A DNA stretch of 64,000 nucleotides, taken from contig OX638340.1 in assembly GCA_951812955.1 (NCBI GenBank), forward strand, positions 2,048,001 through 2,112,000, in the 5' to 3' direction. Numbering within the stretch: position 1 is the stretch's first letter; each line of letters starts with the position of its first letter. The position numbers and the translations under genes were made by a program. This document shows, piece after piece, positions 29,350 to 37,711 of the stretch. Source of the stretch: an uncultured Gemmatimonadota bacterium (GTDB lineage: Bacteria > JAAXHH01). The notes under the pieces were generated by a model. That model worked only from the letters and a program-made list of their open reading frames with translations, made no database searches and was not told the DNA's origin.

Positions 29350-29925
29350 ATGAAAATCCGAACCCGCTTCGTGATCGCGCTGATCCTGGCCGGGGCCCTG
29401 TCGTGGGCTTCGCAGGCCGGCGCCCAGGTCGGTACCAGCGCCAGTTTCAATCCGGAGCCGCTCACCCTCGTAGATTTCAAGAAGGCATTCAACGGCGATA
29501 CGGGCAAGGTTCGCCTCGTCCTGATGTTCTCTCCTACGTGAGGCCACTGCATAAGCGGCGCCGGGGTGGCGCAGCAGGACATACTGAAACGGTATTCTTC
29601 CGACGACCTCCGGGTCTACGTGGTTTGGCAGCGCATACTTGCTGGAGATTCGGTTAATACGGCGCGGATGGCGGCGCGTCAGGTGTTCAGCGACAAACGG
29701 GTCAGCCAGATGTGGGACCCCGCCCACGCGCTGGGGTTATGGTATAAGCAGTCGGGTGACCTGGAGCACAAGGATCCCATGGTATGGGACGCTTACTTCC
29801 TCTACGGCGCGGATTCCGAATGGAAGGACGCGCCTACCGGGCTGATCGACGCCGGTACCACGGTGTGGAACCTGAGAGAACAGCTTTTGAAATCGGTTGG
29901 ATCTACGATGGAGTCCGGAGACTGA
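29350..29925 (+). CDS. secreted thioredoxin-fold protein with in-frame TGA in a T-U-G-H-C redox motif (candidate selenoprotein; alternatively a pseudogene)
   Basis: ORFs 29350..29541 and 29566..29925 are in the same frame, separated only by TGA at 29539-29541. The stop sits where the first Cys of a CGHC (PDI-like CxxC) motif is expected, directly after a beta-strand 'RLVLMFSPT'. There is an N-terminal signal peptide. A GC hairpin lies at 29558-29572. Confidence 0.5.
29558..29572 (+). promoter_or_regulatory. candidate bacterial SECIS-like hairpin (GCGCC-GGGGT-GGCGC) 17 nt downstream of the in-frame UGA
   Basis: perfect 5-bp GC stem with 5-nt G/U-containing apical loop at the spacing expected for a bSECIS. 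Confidence 0.35.
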
Positions 29926-31365
29926 TCATCCTTCCAGGCTGAGGAGGAAGGGTTCCTCGAATGCCTGGACCAGCCATTGCATGAAGCGGGCGCCGTCCGC
30001 GCCGTCTATGAGCCGGTGATCATAAGAGATCATCAACGGCAGCATGAGGCGGGGCTGAAACGCGCCGTCGATGTAAACCTGTTCCATGCGGCTGCGGGCG
30101 AGGCCGAGGATGGCCACGTCCGGCGCATTCACGATCGGTGCGAAGAAGGTTCCGCCGAACCCACCCAGGTTCGAGATCGTGAAAGTACTTCCCTGCATGT
30201 CGTCCGGCGAAAGCTTCCTGTCCCGCGCCCGGCCGGCGATCTCCGCCAACTCGATGGACAGCTCGATCATGTTCTTCCGGTCGACGTCCCGAATTACCGG
30301 CACGACCAGGCCGCGGTCCGTATCCACCGCCACACCCACGTGGTAGTATTTCTTGTAGACGATTTCGTGGCTTGCCATGTCGACGCTGGCGTTGAACCGT
30401 GGGAACCGCTTTAGCGCCGCGGCCACGATCTTCAGGGCGATTGCCGTCATGGTCAGTTTGCCGCCTGCGGCTTCGGCCGCGGGGCCGAACTGTTTGCGCA
30501 GGGCTTCCATATCGGTGACATCGGCCTTGTCCCCGTAGGTGACGTGGGGGATATTCGTCCACGCGGCGGACAGGTGCTCCGCGGCGGCCCGGCGCAGGTT
30601 GCTCATCGGCTCGGTTTCTACCGGGCCCCATTTGGAGAAGTCCGGCAGAGGCGCCGAAGGAGCGGGACCGGAAGTCGCCCCCCGGCCGGCGCTCAATTGC
30701 CTGGAATGTGATTTGACGTCTTCGACGGATATCCGGCCGGCGGGACCGGTCCCCGGTACCTGGCCGACGTCGAGCCCGATCTCCCGGGCAAAGCGGCGAA
30801 CGGAAGGCGCCGCTGGTACAGGCGCGCCTGAAGAGACGGCCGGAGCGGGCGGTATTGTCGGCGATGTCGGTGTCGGCGGCGTCGGTTCCTCCGCGGGACC
30901 AGTTTTCGCGGCAGGTGGTGCGCCGGTCTCCGGTGGTGCCTGTGTGGATGAATCCGCCTCTCCGCCGGCGTCCGCCTTGCCATCTCCTACAGTAGAGGAA
31001 GGCTCACCGGCAACTGTCTCCGAGGCCTTGGCAGCGGGCGCATCGGCAACCGTCTCCGGGGCCTCGGCAACAGGAGCTTCGGCCTCCGCCTGTCCGTCCG
31101 TTTCCGTTCCGGCGGCGGTCTCACTCCCCGCATCTTCGTACATGAGCACCGGAGCGCCCACGTCGGCCGTTGCGCCGTTCTCCACGAGGATTTCCGTGAC
31201 CACGCCGCTGAATCCCGACGGAACCTCGAGGTTGGCCTTGTCGGTCTCGATCTCCAGGACGGGCTGGTTTTCTTCGACTTTATCCCCGACCTCGACCAGG
31301 ATGCCGACTACGGTCCCGGCGTCTATGTTCTCGCCGAGGGCTGGAAGATTGAAAGGCATCGCCAT
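29926..31365 (-). CDS. aceF: dihydrolipoamide acetyltransferase, E2 component of the pyruvate dehydrogenase complex
   Basis: single lipoyl domain ('IETDKANLEV'), Ala/Pro-rich linkers, E3-binding domain, C-terminal catalytic 'DHRLIDGA' motif; immediately downstream of aceE. Confidence 0.85.
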   Translation of the reverse strand: MAMPFNLPALGENIDAGTVVGILVEVGDKVEENQPVLEIETDKANLEVPSGFSGVVTEILVENGATADVGAPVLMYEDAGSETAAGTETDGQAEAEAPVAEAPETVADAPAAKASETVAGEPSSTVGDGKADAGGEADSSTQAPPETGAPPAAKTGPAEEPTPPTPTSPTIPPAPAVSSGAPVPAAPSVRRFAREIGLDVGQVPGTGPAGRISVEDVKSHSRQLSAGRGATSGPAPSAPLPDFSKWGPVETEPMSNLRRAAAEHLSAAWTNIPHVTYGDKADVTDMEALRKQFGPAAEAAGGKLTMTAIALKIVAAALKRFPRFNASVDMASHEIVYKKYYHVGVAVDTDRGLVVPVIRDVDRKNMIELSIELAEIAGRARDRKLSPDDMQGSTFTISNLGGFGGTFFAPIVNAPDVAILGLARSRMEQVYIDGAFQPRLMLPLMISYDHRLIDGADGARFMQWLVQAFEEPFLLSLEG

Positions 31366-31384
31366 GGGTCTTGCTTCTCCGAAA

Positions 31385-34057
31385 TTACAGCATGAGCGGA
31401 TTCGGCTTGTCTGCGTCGATCTCCAGGTCGGCCATTGCCTGTTTCAACTTTGACGCAGGCAACTTTCCGTCACGCATCAGTCCATAGAGCGCCGATAGCG
31501 TGATATAACGGGCGTCCACCTCGAAGAAATCGCGCAGGGCTCCGCGGCTGTCGCTGCGACCGAAACCGTCGGCTCCGAGCGTGATCAAATGGCCCGGGAA
31601 CCAGGCGGACACGGTGTCCGGAAGCGCCTTCACGTAGTCGCAGGCCGCCACGTAGGGACCCGGGACATCGGCCACGCAGGAGGTCACGTAGGGTACGCGC
31701 GGCGTTTCCTCGGGATGCATGATATTCCATCGTTCCACGTCCACCGCTTCGTTGTGCAGGGCTTTGTAACTGGTGATGCTCCACACGTCCGCGGCCACGC
31801 CGTACTGTTCTTCCAGGATTCGGCCGGCCTTCAATACCTCGTTCAGTATAGCACCGCTGCCAAAGAGCTGGACGCGCAGTTCGCCGTCCTGCTTCTCAGA
31901 TTTGCGGAACAGGTACATCCCCTTCAGGATGCCCTCCCGGGTGGCTTCGGGGTCACCGGGCATGGGCGGCATGGCGTAGTTCTCGTTGTGCACGGTCAGG
32001 TAGTAGAACACGTCATCCTGCTCTTCGTACATGCGCCGGATACCTTCTTCGATAATCACCGCCAGCTCGTACCCATAGGCCGGATCGTAGGCCAGCAGGT
32101 TCGGCACCGGGTAGGCCAGCAGGTGGCTGTTTCCGTCCTGGTGCTGGAGCCCCTCGCCCGCCAGCGTGGTGCGGCCCGACGTTGCGCCGACGAGGAAACC
32201 CTTGCAGCGCATGTCGCCCGCGGACCAGACCAGGTCGCCGACGCGCTGCAGCCCGAACATGGAATAGTAGATGAAGAAGGGGATGGTGTTGATGTCGTAG
32301 GTGGCGTAGGCCGTTCCGGCGGCGATGAAGGATGACATGGCGCCAGCTTCCGAGATGCCCTCTTCCAGCAACTGGCCGTCCTTCGACTCGCGGTAGTACA
32401 GGAGCGTTTCGCTGTCCACCGGGTCGTAGAGCTGTCCCACCGGGGAGTAGATGCCGGACTGCCGGAACAGGGCCTCCATGCCGAAGGTCCTCGCCTCGTC
32501 GGGCACGATGGGTACGATGAGGTTCCCGATCTCCTTGTCCCGCATCAGGTCCGACAGGATATTGACGAAGGCCATGGTCGTCGACACCTGCCGGTCGGTC
32601 CCCTCGTAGTACTTGCTGTACTTGTCCTGTTTCGGTACGCGCAGCGGCGTGAAGGTCGTTCTCCGTGACGGTACGTATCCGCCGAGTTCCCTGCGCCGTT
32701 CGTGCAGGTATCGAATCTCCTCGCTGTCCTCGGACGGCTTGTAGAAGGGCACTTCGGCCACGTCTTCGTCGGAAATCGGGATCCGGAATCGGTCCCGGAA
32801 GGCCAGCAGGTCGCTGTCTTCCATCTTCTTGATCTGGTGCGTGGCATTGGCTCCCTGCCCGCTGTCTCCCATTCCGTATCCCTTGATCGTCTTCATCAGG
32901 ATGACCGTCGGCGCGCCTTCGGTTTCCACGGCCGCCTTGTAGGCATGGTAGACTTTGAGCGGATCGTGGCCCCCCCGCCGCAGGTGCTGCAGCTGGGAAT
33001 CGGAGAGATGCTCCACCATCTTCTTGAGATCGGGATGGACGCCGAAGAACTTGTTCCGGATATACTCGCCCGATGCCATGCTGTACTTCTGGTACTGGCC
33101 GTCCACCGTCTCGTGCATGCGGTTCACGAGGAGTCCGTCGCCGTCCTTCTCCAGGAGGGGATCCCAGTCGCTGCCCCAGATGCACTTGATCACGTTCCAT
33201 CCCGCGCCGCGGAAGATGGCTTCCAGTTCCTGGATGATCTTGTGGTTGCCCCGTACCGGACCGTCGAGCCGCTGCAGGTTGCAGTTGATGACGAAGACCA
33301 GGTTGTCGAGCTGTTCCAGGACCGGCACGGTGATAGCGCCGAGGGACTCGGGTTCGTCCATCTCTCCGTCGCCCATCATGACCCAGACCTTGGAATCGCT
33401 CGGTTTCTTGATCCCCCGGTTCTCCAGGTATTTCATGAAACGGGCCTGGTAGATGCCGGTGATGGCGCCGAGGCCCATGGATACCGTGGGGAATTCCCAG
33501 AAGTCCGGCATCAGCCATGGATGGGGATAAGAAGACAGGCCGGGCGGGTTCACCTCGTGGCGGAAGTTCTTGAGCTGATCTTCGGAGATGCGTCCTTCCA
33601 GGTAGGCTCGCGCGTAGATACCCGGCGCGGCGTGGCCCTGGACGAAAAGCAGGTCGCCCTCGTGGCTCCCGTTACGGTTGCGGAAGAAGTGGTTGAATCC
33701 CACCTCGTAGAGCGTCGCGGAAGACGCGAAGGTGGAGATGTGGCCGCCGATGGAACCATCGGCCCGGTTGGCCCGGACCACCATGGCCAGCGCGTTCCAG
33801 CGCACGATGTTCTTGATGCGCCGTTCCAGATCGCGGTCGCCGGGATAGGGGTCCTGCAGTTCTACGGGGATTGAGTTTACATAGGGCGTATTGGCTGAGA
33901 AAGGAAGGCGCACACCCGATTCGGCGGCGCGGGACTCCAGCGCCGCGAGAATGCGGCGAGTCCGCTCCGGGTCGCCCTGCTTAATGACGTACTCGATCGA
34001 TTCGAGCCACTCGTGGAGTTCCAGCGATGCTACATCGGGTTCCACGTCCGTTGTCAT
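31385..34057 (-). CDS. aceE: pyruvate dehydrogenase E1 component, homodimeric type
   Basis: ~890 aa with AceE-type N-terminus and ThDP-binding 'GDGEMDEPES' motif. Confidence 0.9.
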   Translation of the reverse strand: MTTDVEPDVASLELHEWLESIEYVIKQGDPERTRRILAALESRAAESGVRLPFSANTPYVNSIPVELQDPYPGDRDLERRIKNIVRWNALAMVVRANRADGSIGGHISTFASSATLYEVGFNHFFRNRNGSHEGDLLFVQGHAAPGIYARAYLEGRISEDQLKNFRHEVNPPGLSSYPHPWLMPDFWEFPTVSMGLGAITGIYQARFMKYLENRGIKKPSDSKVWVMMGDGEMDEPESLGAITVPVLEQLDNLVFVINCNLQRLDGPVRGNHKIIQELEAIFRGAGWNVIKCIWGSDWDPLLEKDGDGLLVNRMHETVDGQYQKYSMASGEYIRNKFFGVHPDLKKMVEHLSDSQLQHLRRGGHDPLKVYHAYKAAVETEGAPTVILMKTIKGYGMGDSGQGANATHQIKKMEDSDLLAFRDRFRIPISDEDVAEVPFYKPSEDSEEIRYLHERRRELGGYVPSRRTTFTPLRVPKQDKYSKYYEGTDRQVSTTMAFVNILSDLMRDKEIGNLIVPIVPDEARTFGMEALFRQSGIYSPVGQLYDPVDSETLLYYRESKDGQLLEEGISEAGAMSSFIAAGTAYATYDINTIPFFIYYSMFGLQRVGDLVWSAGDMRCKGFLVGATSGRTTLAGEGLQHQDGNSHLLAYPVPNLLAYDPAYGYELAVIIEEGIRRMYEEQDDVFYYLTVHNENYAMPPMPGDPEATREGILKGMYLFRKSEKQDGELRVQLFGSGAILNEVLKAGRILEEQYGVAADVWSITSYKALHNEAVDVERWNIMHPEETPRVPYVTSCVADVPGPYVAACDYVKALPDTVSAWFPGHLITLGADGFGRSDSRGALRDFFEVDARYITLSALYGLMRDGKLPASKLKQAMADLEIDADKPNPLML

Positions 34058-34170
34058 CAAATTTCCCCTGGGTGCATCACGATCGGGCTTTCGCCCTTTA
34101 TCCATTCGAAAACATCGACACAAAATAGGGGCGTGGCAGGCCTTCTGTCAATCATTATATTGTTTGGGAG

Positions 34171-34310
34171 CGCGTCCCGGACCCCTTGCGGAAAGGCGTC
34201 CCGGACCCCTTCCCGGAAACGCGTCCGGGATGCCCCTGGCGCAGTGCCCGGAGTACCCTTGGCGCGGTGCCCGGAGTATGCTTCGGCGCAGTGCCCGGGA
34301 TTCCACCTGG
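34171..34310. repeat. six degenerate ~23-bp GC-rich direct repeats in the aceE / dapA-like divergent intergenic region
   Basis: units cgcgtcccggaccccttgcggaaag / gcgtcccggaccccttcccggaaa / cgcgtccgggatgcccctgg / cgcagtgcccggagtacccttgg / cgcggtgcccggagtatgcttcgg / cgcagtgcccgggattccacctgg. Confidence 0.7.
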
Positions 34311-34360
34311 AGAAGTGCGCAGGCAGTCCTCGAAGAGCGATGAAAACCTGGGAGGTTGGC

Positions 34361-35260
34361 ATGAGAAGCGACGGCTGGCACGGCATATTCACCATACCGC
34401 AGACGTCCTTTACAGAAGATGGCGCGCTGGACGAGGAGGGGCTGCGGAGGCAGATCGATTTCTGCGTGGAAGTGGGCGCCCACGGCGTCGTCTATCCCGT
34501 CATGGTGAGCGAGTTCTGGCTGCTGTCGGACGACGAGCGCAAACGGGTCGTAGACGTGGCCGTGGAACAGGTGGACGGCCGCATCCCCATGATCGCGGGT
34601 GTGGCGGGGGTGAGTACCGAAGTCGCCGTGACGTTCAGTTGCCACGCGCGCGAGGCCGGCGCCGACGGCGCGATCGCCCTGCCGCCCTACGTGCTCAAGC
34701 CCGGCCTGGACGGCCTGGTCGACTACTACCGGCAGGTCTCGAAGGCCGTGGGGAACCCAGTTTTCATCCAGAACTTCGATCCGCCCCTCGGATCCAGCCT
34801 TTCACCGGCATTCATCCGGGAGTTGCTGCTCGACATCCCGCACGTCAAGTACATCAAGGAAGAGATGATGCCCGCCGGTCATTCGGTGACGGCGCTGCTG
34901 GAGACCTGCGGGGACGAACTGCACGGCGTCTTCACCGGCTTCGGGGGACGCTGGTTCATCGACGAACTGAACCGCGGCGCGAGCGGCACCATGCCGGCCT
35001 GCGAGTTCACCGACGTGCTGGTCCGGCTCTACGAACGCTACCGGTCGGGCGACGTGGAAGGCGCAAGGGAGATCCATAACAGGCTCCTGCCCCTCATCAA
35101 CATCGAGAGCCTGCACGGCGTCATATTCTGCAAGGAGATCCTGAAGCGCCGCGGCCTGATCGCGTCGACGTACACGCGGGCCCCGGGGAAGCTGGACCGC
35201 CACGACCTCGCCGAAATCGACCGCCTCATCCGGGACGTGGGAGAACTGTTCCACGCCTAG
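34361..35260 (+). CDS. DapA/NAL-family class I aldolase (4-hydroxy-tetrahydrodipicolinate synthase / N-acetylneuraminate lyase family)
   Basis: DHDPS-family fold motifs ('GVVYPVMVSEFWLLSDDERKRV', 'AGVAG', Schiff-base Lys region); GGAGG 5 nt upstream of ATG. Confidence 0.75.
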   Translation: MRSDGWHGIFTIPQTSFTEDGALDEEGLRRQIDFCVEVGAHGVVYPVMVSEFWLLSDDERKRVVDVAVEQVDGRIPMIAGVAGVSTEVAVTFSCHAREAGADGAIALPPYVLKPGLDGLVDYYRQVSKAVGNPVFIQNFDPPLGSSLSPAFIRELLLDIPHVKYIKEEMMPAGHSVTALLETCGDELHGVFTGFGGRWFIDELNRGASGTMPACEFTDVLVRLYERYRSGDVEGAREIHNRLLPLINIESLHGVIFCKEILKRRGLIASTYTRAPGKLDRHDLAEIDRLIRDVGELFHA

Positions 35261-35375
35261 CGCGGGCGCAGGGAACGGCCATCGCGGGTTCCGACTCGCG
35301 CTTCGCGACCGACTCGCGTCCTGCGCCCCTTACGTCCACTCGTGCAGGGCATGTCCGCACGCAACGGCTTTTCAG

Positions 35376-37361
35376 CTACGCCCATTCGTGCAGGGCGTGT
35401 CCCTGGCCGGGAAACCAGATCCAGTCCACGACAAAACCCAGAAACACCCCCACGCTGTACCCCACGAGCACGCCCCAGGCAAAGGGCTGGGCCCGGCGGT
35501 AGATGGTCACCCCGCCGATCCGCATCAGCAGCATCTTGATCAGCCAGGCCAGGAACAGCGAGAACATGAGCAGGCGGGTCACGTCGGCGAAGGCCACGGT
35601 GAAGCCCACAGGTGCCAGGGGCCAGCCGGGAAACCGGTAGGTCAGGGTCGTCATGACCAGCATGATGACGCCGCCGAGAGCCATGAACAGGAACTCGGGC
35701 GGCTGTAGCTGGTCGGCGTTGCGGATCCACCGCACGATATCGTCGAAGTAGATCTCGTTGATGCCGCCGAAGGCGTCGCGCGTACCGAAGTTGTACGCGC
35801 CGATGGTCGTATTCCCGATGTAGATTGTGTACAGGACGGACGTCAGCATGCTGACAATGAAGGTGACGGTCATGAGGCCGAGAAGCCCCCGCTTGTCCAG
35901 TCGCAGGTCGGACAGTACCTTGTCGGACTGGGCGATGGTGCCGATCCCCATGCCCCGCCAGTTCCGGGCGTAGACGGATCCTAGGCCCAGGGTGGTCAGG
36001 CTCTGGGGATCGATGTTTCCCGAGCCGACGGTCAGTATGGTGAAATGGTGGGCGTTGACCGGAAGGTCCATGAAGGCCAGGCCTGTCTGTGCGATGATCC
36101 GTGCCGTGCCCAGGTACAGGATGAATAAGAACAACAGGTACACGGGCAGCATCTGCCAGGAAAGGCCCGATCCCACGAGCCAGGCCACCAGGTAGACCAG
36201 GCTGCCCGAGAATCCAAGCACGGCCACGCGATAGGACATCAACTCCGTGGCCGGACGCTCGCCGCCACGCAGGGCCTGCCGAAATACATCGGCGATCTGA
36301 GCGCGGGCAGTCCACAGGTGCCAGAATACGAATACGATGAATCCGCCGAAGAACTGGGCCTTGACCACAGCATTCACCCCCACCGGGCTGCCGGAATACT
36401 GGAGCCCGACGCGGTCCAGCAGGCCGCCTTCCAGCACGCCGCACAGGGCGAAGAACCAGAGGCTGAACGTGATCTCCAGCGGCGCCAGGAAAGCGAAGCA
36501 CAGGGCGTAGATGTTGACGCTGACCCTGATGGGATCGATGCCCTCCGCCAGGGTCATCGAACTCTGATAGAGCACGCCAATAGGTATGGGCGAAATGCCG
36601 CCCCAGAACGCGGCGATGTTCCAGATCATCAGGGCCAGGGCGGCGCCGAAGCCCACCTGGAACATGCGGTCGTACACGAAGCCGGGAAAGGTCCGTTCGG
36701 TCCGTTCGTCGTGCCGGATCAGGTCGACGGCCATCTGTACGAGGGGAAAGGAAAGCCGCTCGTGGGCCACCCAGGTCCTCCGCATGATGGTGGACATGCA
36801 TGCGCCCATGAAGAACAGCACGACGAAGAGGGTCAGCCACCAGAAGAGGGGCGGGAGCCAGGGCCCCCAGATGACGTTGCCGGCTCCTTCCGGGATTCCT
36901 TCGTAGAACCACACCAGCGTGTTGCCCTGGCCGCTGACCAGCAGCCAGTCCGGCAGATATTCGAAGAAGGTGGCCTCCCACTGGTTCTCAGGCCGCGCAA
37001 AATAATACGGCGTGGCGATGACCCCCATGAGATAAGCGACCAGGACCTTGCCCGGCACGAGGGAGGAAACGAACATCATCACGAAGACCAGGGCCAGCTC
37101 GCTTCCGCTCAGCACCCAGGCCGGTCTCCATGTTCTCAGCGCCGGGTTGACGATGAGCAGGAGGAAGAAGAAGGGGATCAGGACCGCGATGGGCAGGTGG
37201 GACATCGTCATGCGGGAGGACTGCACGAGGAAGGAGCCGAAGGGGACCCAGATGTTGATCAGGACAGCGAGGGCCAGACCCAGGACTACGGCGCGGCGGG
37301 ATATGCCGGCTGATCGCGATATACCGGGTCGCGGGATACCAATGCGCGGTTTGGTTGCCAT
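35376..37361 (-). CDS. uncharacterised polytopic integral membrane protein (~14 predicted TM helices)
   Basis: 661 aa, highly hydrophobic, Trp-rich helices, no recognisable catalytic motif; divergently oriented from the 1542-aa permease fusion. Confidence 0.6.
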   Translation of the reverse strand: MATKPRIGIPRPGISRSAGISRRAVVLGLALAVLINIWVPFGSFLVQSSRMTMSHLPIAVLIPFFFLLLIVNPALRTWRPAWVLSGSELALVFVMMFVSSLVPGKVLVAYLMGVIATPYYFARPENQWEATFFEYLPDWLLVSGQGNTLVWFYEGIPEGAGNVIWGPWLPPLFWWLTLFVVLFFMGACMSTIMRRTWVAHERLSFPLVQMAVDLIRHDERTERTFPGFVYDRMFQVGFGAALALMIWNIAAFWGGISPIPIGVLYQSSMTLAEGIDPIRVSVNIYALCFAFLAPLEITFSLWFFALCGVLEGGLLDRVGLQYSGSPVGVNAVVKAQFFGGFIVFVFWHLWTARAQIADVFRQALRGGERPATELMSYRVAVLGFSGSLVYLVAWLVGSGLSWQMLPVYLLFLFILYLGTARIIAQTGLAFMDLPVNAHHFTILTVGSGNIDPQSLTTLGLGSVYARNWRGMGIGTIAQSDKVLSDLRLDKRGLLGLMTVTFIVSMLTSVLYTIYIGNTTIGAYNFGTRDAFGGINEIYFDDIVRWIRNADQLQPPEFLFMALGGVIMLVMTTLTYRFPGWPLAPVGFTVAFADVTRLLMFSLFLAWLIKMLLMRIGGVTIYRRAQPFAWGVLVGYSVGVFLGFVVDWIWFPGQGHALHEWA

Positions 37362-37711
37362 GGTCTGGTACGCCGAAAGGACAAAGGAAACCGGTTTTTA
37401 GCGGTGAAAGGATTCCGGGTCTGTACGCTGAATTCAATATATCCGGTTCCCAACAGGCGGCACAACCCTAGATTTGGAACGCAAAGCCAAGGTCATGGTT
37501 TTTGCTTGAACCGGTGCTTCAACCTTTTTATATTGCTTTGTTCAAGAATGCAACGGCTCACTACGCTCGGGATGTATGCGTCTGATCGGGCCTCGCGGCA
37601 GTTCCGGGCCTTCCCATGTTAATCAGCGATGTCAAACGCGAAAGCGGCGAAATGCGCGGCTGCGAGGGTGCGGAACCGCCGGTTGCCGGATACCGACAGG
37701 GGTAGCAAGTC

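Noticed and set aside
29259-29727. Minus-strand ORFs opposite the candidate selenoprotein
   Set aside because: The + strand reading has a signal peptide, a Trx-fold-like motif and frame continuity across the TGA. The antisense ORFs have no features.
32013-33518. 501-aa alternative-frame ORF inside aceE
   Set aside because: It is Arg/Pro/Gly-rich with no domain signature. aceE in the other frame has ThDP-binding motifs and a full-length E1 alignment.
34171-34310. CRISPR array interpretation of the GC-rich direct repeats (also 26597-26656, 49854-49933)
   Set aside because: The repeats are contiguous and degenerate, with no unique spacers, and there are no cas genes. They are minisatellite-like arrays, not CRISPR.
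34013-34360. N-terminal extension of the DapA-like ORF and overlapping ORF 34186..35079
   Set aside because: The extension is translated from the tandem repeat array. A GGAGG RBS precedes the internal ATG at 34361, where DHDPS-family similarity begins.
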